A stretch of DNA of 64,000 nucleotides, from the IMG/VR virus record IMGVR_UViG_3300045988_042432; one strand, 5' to 3'. Shown here piece by piece: positions 15,939 to 22,237 of the stretch. Every line of letters starts with the position of its first letter. The stretch's first letter is position 1. The notes under the pieces are model-generated. The model saw only the letters and a list, made by a program, of their open reading frames with translations, was not told the DNA's origin and searched no databases. The position numbers were made by a program, and so were the translations under genes. The stretch is from a virus.

Positions 15939-16277
15939 ATGGCAACAATTAAACAATTTAAACAAGAAATCGCGAATTTAGTAAAAGCACAGAAAGCAGC
16001 TAAGAATATTAATGACTGCTCATCAGTTTATTACAACAGAGGAAGATTACATGCAATGTATGTAGCTTATTACATATTAAAGCATAAACTAATCGGAGAA
16101 GCTATGAATGAGTATCTAGCTAAAGTTATCAAAGAATGGAAATCACTTGAAACTCAAGGTTGGTGTGGTTATTCTAAGATGTATAGTGGAGAGAAGTATT
16201 TCCGAGAAAGAGTTGATTCACTGATTGATACATATTCTGATGAAGAGATTGTATGTGCTGATAGACCAGAAGCTTGA
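15939..16277 (+). CDS. hypothetical protein (112 aa)
   Basis: Track ORF. Confidence 0.6.
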   Translation: MATIKQFKQEIANLVKAQKAAKNINDCSSVYYNRGRLHAMYVAYYILKHKLIGEAMNEYLAKVIKEWKSLETQGWCGYSKMYSGEKYFRERVDSLIDTYSDEEIVCADRPEA

Positions 16278-16527
16278 TGCAGTTTATGGTTGTGTACAAG
16301 GAGGTCATGCAGTAGCACAGTGGTTATTAGAACATCCTAATCAAGAGTGGAATAATAGCTATTTAATCTACTTATATGCAGACTTAGACAAATGGAAAGT
16401 AAGATTAGACTTAGTAAATAAGGACTACTCTTCATTCTATGAACCAGACCTTGACAATCAATTAACAGCAATCGCATTACAAGATGACGGTCGCATGTTC
16501 AAGAAACTTAAATTAGTAAGAGAATGA
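16240..16527 (+). CDS. peptidyl-tRNA hydrolase PTH2-like protein
   Basis: Track ORF 16225..16527. YVLIDQKL..YGCVQGGHAVAQ and YEPDLDNQLTAIAL...KLKLV align by eye with PTH2 motifs (DL.MG.GK.AAQ..HA; DAG.T.....T.L.IGP; LKLY). Confidence 0.5.
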   Translation: MKRLYVLIDQKLDAVYGCVQGGHAVAQWLLEHPNQEWNNSYLIYLYADLDKWKVRLDLVNKDYSSFYEPDLDNQLTAIALQDDGRMFKKLKLVRE

Positions 16528-16829
16528 TATACAAACGAGATTATTATGTCAGTATAGGTGACGAACAGGTAATTATTACTAAGAACGCCATTATGCCATA
16601 TAATGTAATGGAGTCTAGAAACAAATACTTTTATAAAGTTGGAGATAAGGTTTTAACTCCGTTCGGAATACAAACTATTAAGGACATTATAAAGGATTAT
16701 AGTTCTCAACCAGGTCATGAATGGATTATCCTAGTAGAGGAGAATGGCAATCAGTATAAGCCGTGTGAGTTAATTGGCATAGTAGTCAAGGAACTTACAC
16801 TTGAACAGTGGAATCAAATTATCGAATAG
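16524..16829 (+). CDS. hypothetical protein (101 aa)
   Basis: Track ORF that ends in TAG. Confidence 0.6.
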   Translation: MIYKRDYYVSIGDEQVIITKNAIMPYNVMESRNKYFYKVGDKVLTPFGIQTIKDIIKDYSSQPGHEWIILVEENGNQYKPCELIGIVVKELTLEQWNQIIE

Positions 16830-16866
16830 TTGATGAGTTGTGGGTAATCTCGTAAAACCCTCATTC

Positions 16867-16938
16867 GCCCCATTACTTCAGTGGTAGAAGAGCAAATTCT
16901 AAACTTGTATGGCGTTGGTTCGAGTCCAACATGGGGCA
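16867..16938 (+). tRNA. amber suppressor tRNA, anticodon CTA
   Basis: 72-nt cloverleaf. Acceptor GCCCCAT/ATGGGGC. D arm CTTC-AGTGGTA-GAAG. Anticodon arm GCAAA-TTCTAAA-CTTGT with CTA at 16899-16901 and an A31:C39 mismatch. T arm GTTGG-TTCGAGT-CCAAC. Confidence 0.8.
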
Positions 16939-16940
16939 CT

Positions 16941-17019
16941 TGCGGAAGAATGAAACGGATATATAAATCATACTAGTCTCATAAGCTAGTTATATTGGGT
17001 TCGACTCCCATTTCCGCAA
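16941..17019 (+). tRNA. tRNA(CAT) with enlarged 14-nt D loop (Met or Ile2)
   Basis: Acceptor TGCGGAA/TTCCGCA. D arm ATGA-(14 nt)-TCAT. Anticodon arm CTAGT-CTCATAA-GCTAG. The T stem has 4 bp plus one mismatch. Confidence 0.6.
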
Positions 17020-17055
17020 CTACAGTCATTGTACATTTGCATTTTCAGAATGCTA

Positions 17056-17119
17056 AGAAGACAAACAGCAATTTCCTGTATGTTGGCATAAGTAAATGAA
17101 TCTATTGTCTTCTGATGAT
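17056..17119 (+). promoter_or_regulatory. tRNA-leader hairpin family, copy A
   Basis: AGAAGACAA-ACAGCAA...TTGTCTTCT, then GATGAT, then tRNA-Ile +1. Confidence 0.65.
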
Positions 17120-17192
17120 GGGTGTATAACTCAGGTGGTAGAGTAACACGCTGATAACGTGTAAGTCCTTGGTTCAAGTCCAAGTACACCCA
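17120..17192 (+). tRNA. tRNA-Ile(GAT)
   Basis: Acceptor GGGTGTA/TACACCC. Anticodon arm ACACG-CTGATAA-CGTGT. T arm CTTGG-TTCAAGT-CCAAG. Confidence 0.9.
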
Positions 17193-17222
17193 CAATACAA
17201 CAATTTTCAATAGCTTTGAATA

Positions 17223-17294
17223 AGAAGTCTTACGGCACGAAAGAAAGTGTTTCATATTTTATGATTTTAATTAAACTAAGAGACTTCTGTAGTC
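17223..17294 (+). promoter_or_regulatory. tRNA-leader hairpin family, copy F
   Basis: AGAAGTCTTA-CGGCAC...TAAGAGACTTCT, then GTAGTC, then tRNA-Pro +1. Confidence 0.6.
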
Positions 17295-17367
17295 CGGGAT
17301 GTAGTTCAGTAGATAGAATGCGTGGTTTGGGACCACGAGGTCGCTGGTTTGAATCCAGTCATCCCGA
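17295..17367 (+). tRNA. tRNA-Pro(TGG)
   Basis: Acceptor CGGGATG/CATCCCG. Anticodon arm CGTGG-TTTGGGA-CCACG. T arm GCTGG-TTTGAAT-CCAGT. Confidence 0.9.
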
Positions 17368-17421
17368 CCCCTGTAGCATCCAAGAGAGGATGCTGATAAT
17401 CCCATAATAATAAATGTGGAC

Positions 17422-17451
17422 AACTACTCCGTTCGTGAGAATAGAGTAGTT
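17422..17451 (+). promoter_or_regulatory. conserved-loop hairpin, copy 3
   Basis: Stem AACTACTC/GAGTAGTT with loop CGTTCGTGAGAATA, followed by TTTAAT. Confidence 0.6.
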
Positions 17452-17591
17452 TTAATAAGAACCATAATTAACACAATAATATATAGTTTCACTAAACAAT
17501 CATCAAATCAACTCAACAATCAACCCAACAACTTTTAATTTATGATTTGATTAACCTGTTTCATAGTTAAGCCCATAAGTCGTATTGATAT

Positions 17592-17663
17592 GTGGGCTTG
17601 CCCGAGAGGTTTAGGGGCTGGTCCGCAAAACCAGTTAGGACGGTTCGATTCCGTCAGCCCACT
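17592..17663 (+). tRNA. tRNA-Cys(GCA) with C33
   Basis: Acceptor GTGGGCT/AGCCCAC. Anticodon arm CTGGT-CCGCAAA-ACCAG, with C at the normally invariant U33. T arm GACGG-TTCGATT-CCGTC. Confidence 0.7.
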
Positions 17664-17682
17664 CTCGATTTAGTGAAACATA

Positions 17683-17746
17683 AGAAGGCGTACAGCACTA
17701 ATCATTGTACAGTTTACATGTTTTTGATAACGCGCCTTCTGTGGAT
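17683..17746 (+). promoter_or_regulatory. tRNA-leader hairpin family, copy C
   Basis: AGAAGGCG-TACAGCACTAA...CGCCTTCT, then GTGGAT, then tRNA-Lys +1. Confidence 0.65.
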
Positions 17747-17818
17747 GATTCCGGAGCATGTATGGATATGCTATAGACTTTTAATCTATAGAACAGGGTT
17801 CAAGTCCCTGCGGAATCA
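17747..17818 (+). tRNA. tRNA-Lys(TTT)
   Basis: Acceptor GATTCCG/CGGAATC. D arm GCAT/ATGC. Anticodon arm ATAGA-CTTTTAA-TCTAT. T arm CAGGG-TTCAAGT-CCCTG. Confidence 0.9.
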
Positions 17819-17859
17819 CATATGTACTAAGATTGTACATGATGTCAAAGAACGAGTTT

Positions 17860-17889
17860 AACCACTCAGTCTGTGAAGATAGAGTGGTT
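17860..17889 (+). promoter_or_regulatory. conserved-loop hairpin, copy 4 (diverged loop)
   Basis: Stem AACCACTC/GAGTGGTT with loop AGTCTGTGAAGATA, followed by TATTTA. Confidence 0.5.
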
Positions 17890-18106
17890 TATTTAGATTA
17901 CTTATTTATTGACTAAAACTGATGTATTATGAGACTATTTAAGTTAATTAAGAAAGCAGTTCGTTGGTATTTCAAAGTGTCAGCTGATAGCTACACGTGG
18001 TATCCAACAGGAGTAGTTCCTTACCATAGGGATTAACTCCGATGCAATCGGGATAGGTCAATTAAACATTATGGCGAGTTTATTAACAAGCGTTGACACC
18101 TTTTAA

Positions 18107-18138
18107 CTTGCGGTTTGACTTAATTCTTAGTATCTTTG
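18107..18138 (+). promoter_or_regulatory. putative Bacteroidetes-type promoter (-7 box TATCTTTG)
   Basis: TAtcTTTG at 18131-18138 matches TAnnTTTG. The -33 element is weak (CTTG, 20 nt upstream). ATG 18143 follows almost at once. Confidence 0.45.
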
Positions 18139-18142
18139 TTTT

Positions 18143-18499
18143 ATGGAAAGACAAAGAGAAATAAGAATATGTTCTAAACACGGAGAAACAGAGTTTGCTC
18201 TTGAGAAATCTGGACGCTGGCGTTGCCTAAAATGTCAAGTAGAAGCAACTCAAAAGAGACGTAACAAAGTTAAAGAGATGGCTGTAGAGTACAAAGGTGG
18301 TAAATGTTCTGTTTGTGGATATGACAGATGTGCGGATGCTTTAGAGTTTCATCATTTAGACCCTTCCAAAAAGGATTTTGGAATATCTTCTAAAGGATAT
18401 ACCAGGTCTTGGGATAAAGTAAAAGAGGAGCTTGATAAATGTATCTTGGTATGCTCTAACTGTCATAGAGAAATACATTCAGGACTTATAAAGACATAA
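18143..18499 (+). CDS. HNH homing-type endonuclease
   Basis: Track ORF of 118 aa with CSVCGY...EFHHLDP...LVCSNCHREIH (HNH with zinc-ribbon cysteines). Confidence 0.85.
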   Translation: MERQREIRICSKHGETEFALEKSGRWRCLKCQVEATQKRRNKVKEMAVEYKGGKCSVCGYDRCADALEFHHLDPSKKDFGISSKGYTRSWDKVKEELDKCILVCSNCHREIHSGLIKT

Positions 18500-18506
18500 A
18501 ATCAAT

Positions 18507-18593
18507 GTGCAGTTGGCCGAGTGGTCGAAGGCAATAGACTGTTAATCTATCGTGACGAAAGTCCCACCGCAAGTTCGAATCTTGCACTGCACG
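18507..18593 (+). tRNA. class II (Ser-like) tRNA with anticodon GTT
   Basis: Acceptor GTGCAGT/ACTGCAC with G73. Ser-type D arm (TGGCCGAGTGGTCGAAGGC). Anticodon arm ATAGA-CTGTTAA-TCTAT. 18-nt variable arm. T arm GCAAG-TTCGAAT-CTTGC. Confidence 0.7.
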
Positions 18594-18718
18594 CAAACAC
18601 ATTAGATTATTAACATTAAATTATAAGATTATGCATAGTTTTGGTGCTTACATTGTGGGAGCTATAGTGCTAGTAGTATTGTATTACATCTTTAAAGATT
18701 CCACAATCTAAAATTGAT

Positions 18719-18793
18719 GCGTCCTTAGCTCAATCGGTAGAGCCCCTGTCTCCAAAACTGGGTGTGTTGCATGTTCGAGTCGTGCAGGGCGTG
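18719..18793 (+). tRNA. tRNA-Trp(CCA)
   Basis: Acceptor GCGTCCT/AGGGCGT. Anticodon arm CCTGT-CTCCAAA-ACTGG with one U:U mismatch. 7-nt variable region. T arm GCATG-TTCGAGT-CGTGC. Confidence 0.65.
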
Positions 18794-18803
18794 CTTATTA
18801 ATT

Positions 18804-18889
18804 GGAAGTATGGCAGAGTTGGTCGATTGCACTGGTCTTGAAAACCAGAGGTCCTTCGGGGTCCGGGGGTTCGAATCCCTCTGCTTCCT
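18804..18889 (+). tRNA. tRNA-Ser(TGA), class II
   Basis: Acceptor GGAAGTA/TGCTTCC. Anticodon arm CTGGT-CTTGAAA-ACCAG. Long variable arm. T arm GGGGG-TTCGAAT-CCCTC. Confidence 0.85.
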
Positions 18890-18908
18890 CAACTAATTTG
18901 AATGTATT

Positions 18909-19232
18909 ATGAAGTTTAAAGTGAAATTAAGGAGAGTGTCTACGTTAAGTAGAAACCAAATTTGTAGAGTGTACGAATCTGGAATGCGAGTAATGGTGAA
19001 ACGTCCCACATTAGTTAGAGTCCTTCTTAAGGATTACAAAACTAAAGAAGATGTTAATGCTTTACTTGAGCAATTAAGCGAAGCAAGTAGAGCCGCTGAA
19101 CAGGATTTATATGCAGAGTACCCAAAGTTGCCCAGAAAGGCTAAGAAGGAACTCAAGAAGAGGCTGAATGCAGTTAATAATGCCTATTGTGTTGGTATTA
19201 CTTTATTGCTGGCTGAATCAGATGGCTTATAA
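18909..19232 (+). CDS. hypothetical protein (107 aa)
   Basis: Track ORF. Confidence 0.6.
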   Translation: MKFKVKLRRVSTLSRNQICRVYESGMRVMVKRPTLVRVLLKDYKTKEDVNALLEQLSEASRAAEQDLYAEYPKLPRKAKKELKKRLNAVNNAYCVGITLLLAESDGL

Positions 19233-19515
19233 ATTCATACCTACTCGATATGTAGACAATAACTCCAAGTTGTTGGCAAGAATTTACTTAAATAGGCAAA
19301 ATTCTCGCCGAGTGGTATTACGAGGATACTATGATTTTGATAAAGAGAAGTTTTACATTTCATCTATATCAAAGAAGGCTAATACAAGGTCTGTGATGAA
19401 GTTCTTACTAAAGACTATAGAATGTAGTAGATTTCATTGGGAGTATTCAGGGAACTATGATGATAAGCTCTATCAAGAGTGGTTAAAGGAACATGCAGTA
19501 TTTAATAGATTGTAA
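19222..19515 (+). CDS. hypothetical protein
   Basis: Track ORF 19168..19515. ATG 19222 (MAYKFIPTRY...) overlaps the upstream stop by 11 nt. Confidence 0.55.
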   Translation: MAYKFIPTRYVDNNSKLLARIYLNRQNSRRVVLRGYYDFDKEKFYISSISKKANTRSVMKFLLKTIECSRFHWEYSGNYDDKLYQEWLKEHAVFNRL

Positions 19516-19524
19516 AATTATCGT

Positions 19525-19716
19525 ATGAAAGGAATTAATTTAACAGGATTGGACATGAAGAAGTTTGTTGGAACTGGCTACAACCCGTCTCAAGACATTA
19601 TTAACACTAATGGTAGAGACGATGGAAGAACTAAGAACGGAGAAACTGAAGGATTCACTAATCCAAAGAAACAAAAGGTGGAGGAACCTAAAGAAAGACC
19701 AGAAGTATATTACTAG
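19525..19716 (+). CDS. hypothetical protein (63 aa), ends in TAG
   Basis: Track ORF that overlaps the +1-frame ORF 19565..19915. Confidence 0.4.
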   Translation: MKGINLTGLDMKKFVGTGYNPSQDIINTNGRDDGRTKNGETEGFTNPKKQKVEEPKERPEVYY

Positions 19717-19915
19717 GATTAAACTCCACGCTGCCTACTGGTATAATCCAGATAAAACGGCAAGAGGTAGACATTGGACAGAATTATATAATTCTAAATA
19801 TACGTTTGCCTATAAAACAACCAGTACTCCTTGTAGTTGTCCTATATGTAAAGGAGAACGCTATAATAGGAGACAGTTTAAGAAAGAGACAAGAGAATTA
19901 CTTAATCTAGAATAA
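19565..19915 (+). CDS. hypothetical protein with C-terminal CSCPICKG motif; start unclear
   Basis: Track ORF of 116 aa. Its 5' 150 nt overlap the previous ORF, and there is no ATG downstream of 19716. Confidence 0.4.
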   Translation: MLELATTRLKTLLTLMVETMEELRTEKLKDSLIQRNKRWRNLKKDQKYITRIKLHAAYWYNPDKTARGRHWTELYNSKYTFAYKTTSTPCSCPICKGERYNRRQFKKETRELLNLE

Positions 19916-19931
19916 CTGAATGGGTAATATA

Positions 19932-19985
19932 AGAAGGCATCAGCACTTTTACTGTGTCATGTAGTTCAATTTGCCTTCTGATGAT
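19932..19985 (+). promoter_or_regulatory. tRNA-leader hairpin family, copy B
   Basis: AGAAGGCA-TCAGCACTTT...TGCCTTCT, then GATGAT, then tRNA-Arg +1. Confidence 0.65.
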
Positions 19986-20058
<73 letters not shown>

Positions 20059-20073
20059 CTAATAGTGGTTAAC

Positions 20074-20376
20074 ATGATTGGGTTCATAGAGTATTTAATT
20101 AGTAAAGGGTATAAACCTTATCGCAAGGTAATGTCTAAGAAGGGTTCTACATATGTAGAGGATTCTAATATAGGATTTTATTCTTCTATGTCAGAGCATA
20201 TTGACCTTCGTCTTATTAAAGGTAAGAAGGAAGTAGTGTATGGATTACATGAGAGAGGACATTCTCCTACTCTTATATATCCTAGACCTAAATGGGTTAA
20301 ATCTGATGCAGATATGGATAGACTATTTCTGAATTATTCATTTGAAGAAATTGCTGAAATGATAGGTTTAAAATAG
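20074..20376 (+). CDS. hypothetical protein
   Basis: Track ORF 20065..20376 uses GTG. The first ATG is at 20074. It ends in TAG. Confidence 0.55.
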   Translation: MIGFIEYLISKGYKPYRKVMSKKGSTYVEDSNIGFYSSMSEHIDLRLIKGKKEVVYGLHERGHSPTLIYPRPKWVKSDADMDRLFLNYSFEEIAEMIGLK

Positions 20377-20563
20377 TGCACAATGAGGAGGGTATGCATG
20401 TAGAGTTCTATAACATGCTATGGGTTGGAGTCGGAGACTGACAAGAACAGTTGGGGCATGACTAAGTAATTGTGCATTTTATAGGTTATCAGACCGGTAG
20501 GTAACCTTCCGTAATCAGTCGGACGTTGGGAGCTGATAGCCCTACGATAGTGTGGCTAAATAT

Positions 20564-20636
20564 GGGCTGTGTAGTGTAAATGGCTAACACATCACTCTTG
20601 CACAGTGAAGTTGGAGTTCGAGTCTCACACGGTCCA
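20564..20636 (+). tRNA. tRNA-Ala(TGC)-like, weak T stem
   Basis: Acceptor GGGCTGT/ACGGTCC with G3:U70. Anticodon arm TCACT-CTTGCAC-AGTGA. The T arm TGGAG-TTCGAGT-CTCAC has only 3 good pairs. Confidence 0.6.
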
Positions 20637-20664
20637 CAGATTGTTGAACTTAAATTGAAAGGTA

Positions 20665-21243
20665 ATGAATCGAGAAGAATTAGAAGATTTGAAAATAACC
20701 AAGATTAGTGAAGAGGAATATGAACGCCTTAAAGATTCAGACGAAGGAGAAGCTATGGAAGTGTCAATTGACTCATTAAAAGCTGAACAAGAGAAGCTAA
20801 AAGAGTCAGCATCATTACTTGATGAAGCAAAGAAGGCATTTTCAGCTTATTGGTTCTTACTGTCCCTCTTTATAGGACAGAATCTATGTTTGGGTGTTGT
20901 ATTGTGTCAAATCTATTCAGCATGGTCTAAAGGAGAACCCCTCGGATTTATGGTACTATGTGCCATATCAATAATAGTGGCTGCTTCATATTCATGGAAT
21001 GCAATAAGACCATATCGAGAACGATATAAGAACTATAAACAAGTTCGCACTGCTTATAGTCGTCTGGTTGAAGCTAATAGAGCTGTGTTGGAATTACTGG
21101 AATATGTAGAATCTAAGCCCAAAGAAGAAAGAGCTGAAGAAGCCGAAGAGTTAGCAGAGCCAGTAGTTATGGCTGTAGCTGAACTATTCTTTGCTAGAAT
21201 GGCATATACTAGGGCACTAAAAGAAGGATTAGAGTTGCAATAA
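20665..21243 (+). CDS. membrane protein with acidic coiled termini (192 aa)
   Basis: Track ORF with central hydrophobic helices. Confidence 0.65.
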   Translation: MNREELEDLKITKISEEEYERLKDSDEGEAMEVSIDSLKAEQEKLKESASLLDEAKKAFSAYWFLLSLFIGQNLCLGVVLCQIYSAWSKGEPLGFMVLCAISIIVAASYSWNAIRPYRERYKNYKQVRTAYSRLVEANRAVLELLEYVESKPKEERAEEAEELAEPVVMAVAELFFARMAYTRALKEGLELQ

Positions 21244-21251
21244 CTCAATAT

Positions 21252-21325
21252 GGTGGCATTAGCTCAATTGGCAGAGCATTAGGTTGTGGTTCTAAGGGTT
21301 ACGAGTTCAAGTCTCGTATGTCACC
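21252..21325 (+). tRNA. tRNA-His(GTG) with encoded G-1
   Basis: G-1 at 21252 opposite C73. Acceptor GTGGCAT/ATGTCAC. Anticodon arm TTAGG-TTGTGGT-TCTAA. T arm ACGAG-TTCAAGT-CTCGT. Confidence 0.85.
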
Positions 21326-21624
21326 CAATTCTGCTGTTTAAGTATAAACGTATCATAAATCTTCCTGTTTGGTTTGACTTATTCAGCAGAGTTATATTTT
21401 ATCTTGAAACGGAATGCCGAGGATGTGGTTAGGTGAAAATCCTAAAGTGGAATGTAGGGTACGTTGCGTGACGAAGTAATGGGAGTAGGTGCGATGGCAG
21501 ATTAATTAATGTTGAGGCCTCGTTAATATATGTATAGCTGTACAGCACCGAAGGATTTAGACTGTCCAAAGCAACTGGCGTAATAAAGCATAAAATCCAG
21601 TGAAGACGTATGTGTAGGCAGTAT

Positions 21625-21696
21625 GGGGCGGTAGCTCAATGGTAGAGCGCAGGTCTGAAGAACCTGGCGTTGGGGGTTCGATTCCCTTCTGCCCCA
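21625..21696 (+). tRNA. tRNA-Phe(GAA)
   Basis: Acceptor GGGGCGG/CTGCCCC. Anticodon arm CAGGT-CTGAAGA-ACCTG. T arm GGGGG-TTCGATT-CCCTT. Confidence 0.9.
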
Positions 21697-21701
21697 CCTA
21701 T

Positions 21702-22172
21702 ATGGGAACTTTAATAAGTAAATTTAGTGATGAAGAGTTTAGTAATATAGTTAAGGAATCTGAAACAGTTTCCGAAATAGCTTCTAAGCTCGGCTATAAG
21801 TCAAAGGGAGGTGGAGTTACTAGACTGATTAAAGATAAGATAGAAGAGCTGGGTATAGACATATCTCATTTTAATAGATATGCTAAAAATCATTCGCCTG
21901 AAAGGTATAAGTCCTTAGAAGATATTCTAGTAGAAGATTCTACTTATACCAACAACACTTCTTTAAAGAAGAGGCTATTGGAATCTAATTTACTAGAATA
22001 TAAGTGTAGTATATGTGGTATTAATGAGTGGCAAGGAAAGCCGTTATCATTACAACTGGACCATATTAATGGGAATAACAAGGATAATAGAATAGAAAAT
22101 CTTAGATTGCTATGTCCTAATTGCCATTCCCAAACTGATACGTTTTCAGGTAAAAACGCATCACATTATTAA
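21702..22172 (+). CDS. HNH homing-type endonuclease
   Basis: Track ORF 21639..22172 begins inside tRNA-Phe. ATG 21702 is 5 nt after the tRNA. Motif: CSICG...LQLDHINGNNKDNRIENLRLLCPNCHSQT. It is a paralog of the 35306..35779 product. Confidence 0.85.
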   Translation: MGTLISKFSDEEFSNIVKESETVSEIASKLGYKSKGGGVTRLIKDKIEELGIDISHFNRYAKNHSPERYKSLEDILVEDSTYTNNTSLKKRLLESNLLEYKCSICGINEWQGKPLSLQLDHINGNNKDNRIENLRLLCPNCHSQTDTFSGKNASHY

Positions 22173-22183
22173 AATCCAGAGAT

Positions 22184-22208
22184 AATGGTTCGACTCCATT
22201 TCGCCCCA
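22184..22208 (+). pseudogene. orphan tRNA 3' fragment (T arm + acceptor 3' strand)
   Basis: AATGG-TTCGACT-CCATT-TCGCCCC-A lies right after the HNH stop. TCGCCCC could pair with the GGGGCGG 5' strand of tRNA-Phe, but no matching anticodon stem is present. Confidence 0.5.
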
Positions 22209-22237
22209 CTTTAATAGATTAAATAATTATTAGTAAG

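Larger units (their letters stand above)
21601..22179 (+). mobile_element. candidate mobile cassette: tRNA-Phe + HNH endonuclease, flanked by TAAAATCCAG direct repeats
   Basis: The 10-nt repeats sit at 21591-21600 and 22170-22179. An orphan tRNA 3' fragment follows the second repeat. Confidence 0.35.

Noticed and set aside
17111-17119. CTGATGA immediately upstream of tRNA-Ile (and again at 19978-19984 upstream of tRNA-Arg) looked like further hammerhead cores.
   Set aside because: No GAAA, stem III or NUH cleavage triplet can be placed around them. Sister copies read CTGTGGA, CTGTAGT or CTGTTTA, which breaks the invariant core. They belong to the leader-hairpin family instead.
14577-17861. 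Track ORFs overlapping tRNA genes and leader hairpins (14577..14759-, 14626..14862-, 15169..15393-, 16986..17255-, 17216..17407+, 17592..17861+).
   Set aside because: Each is largely made of tRNA or structured-RNA sequence and has implausible composition. They are better explained as RNA genes.
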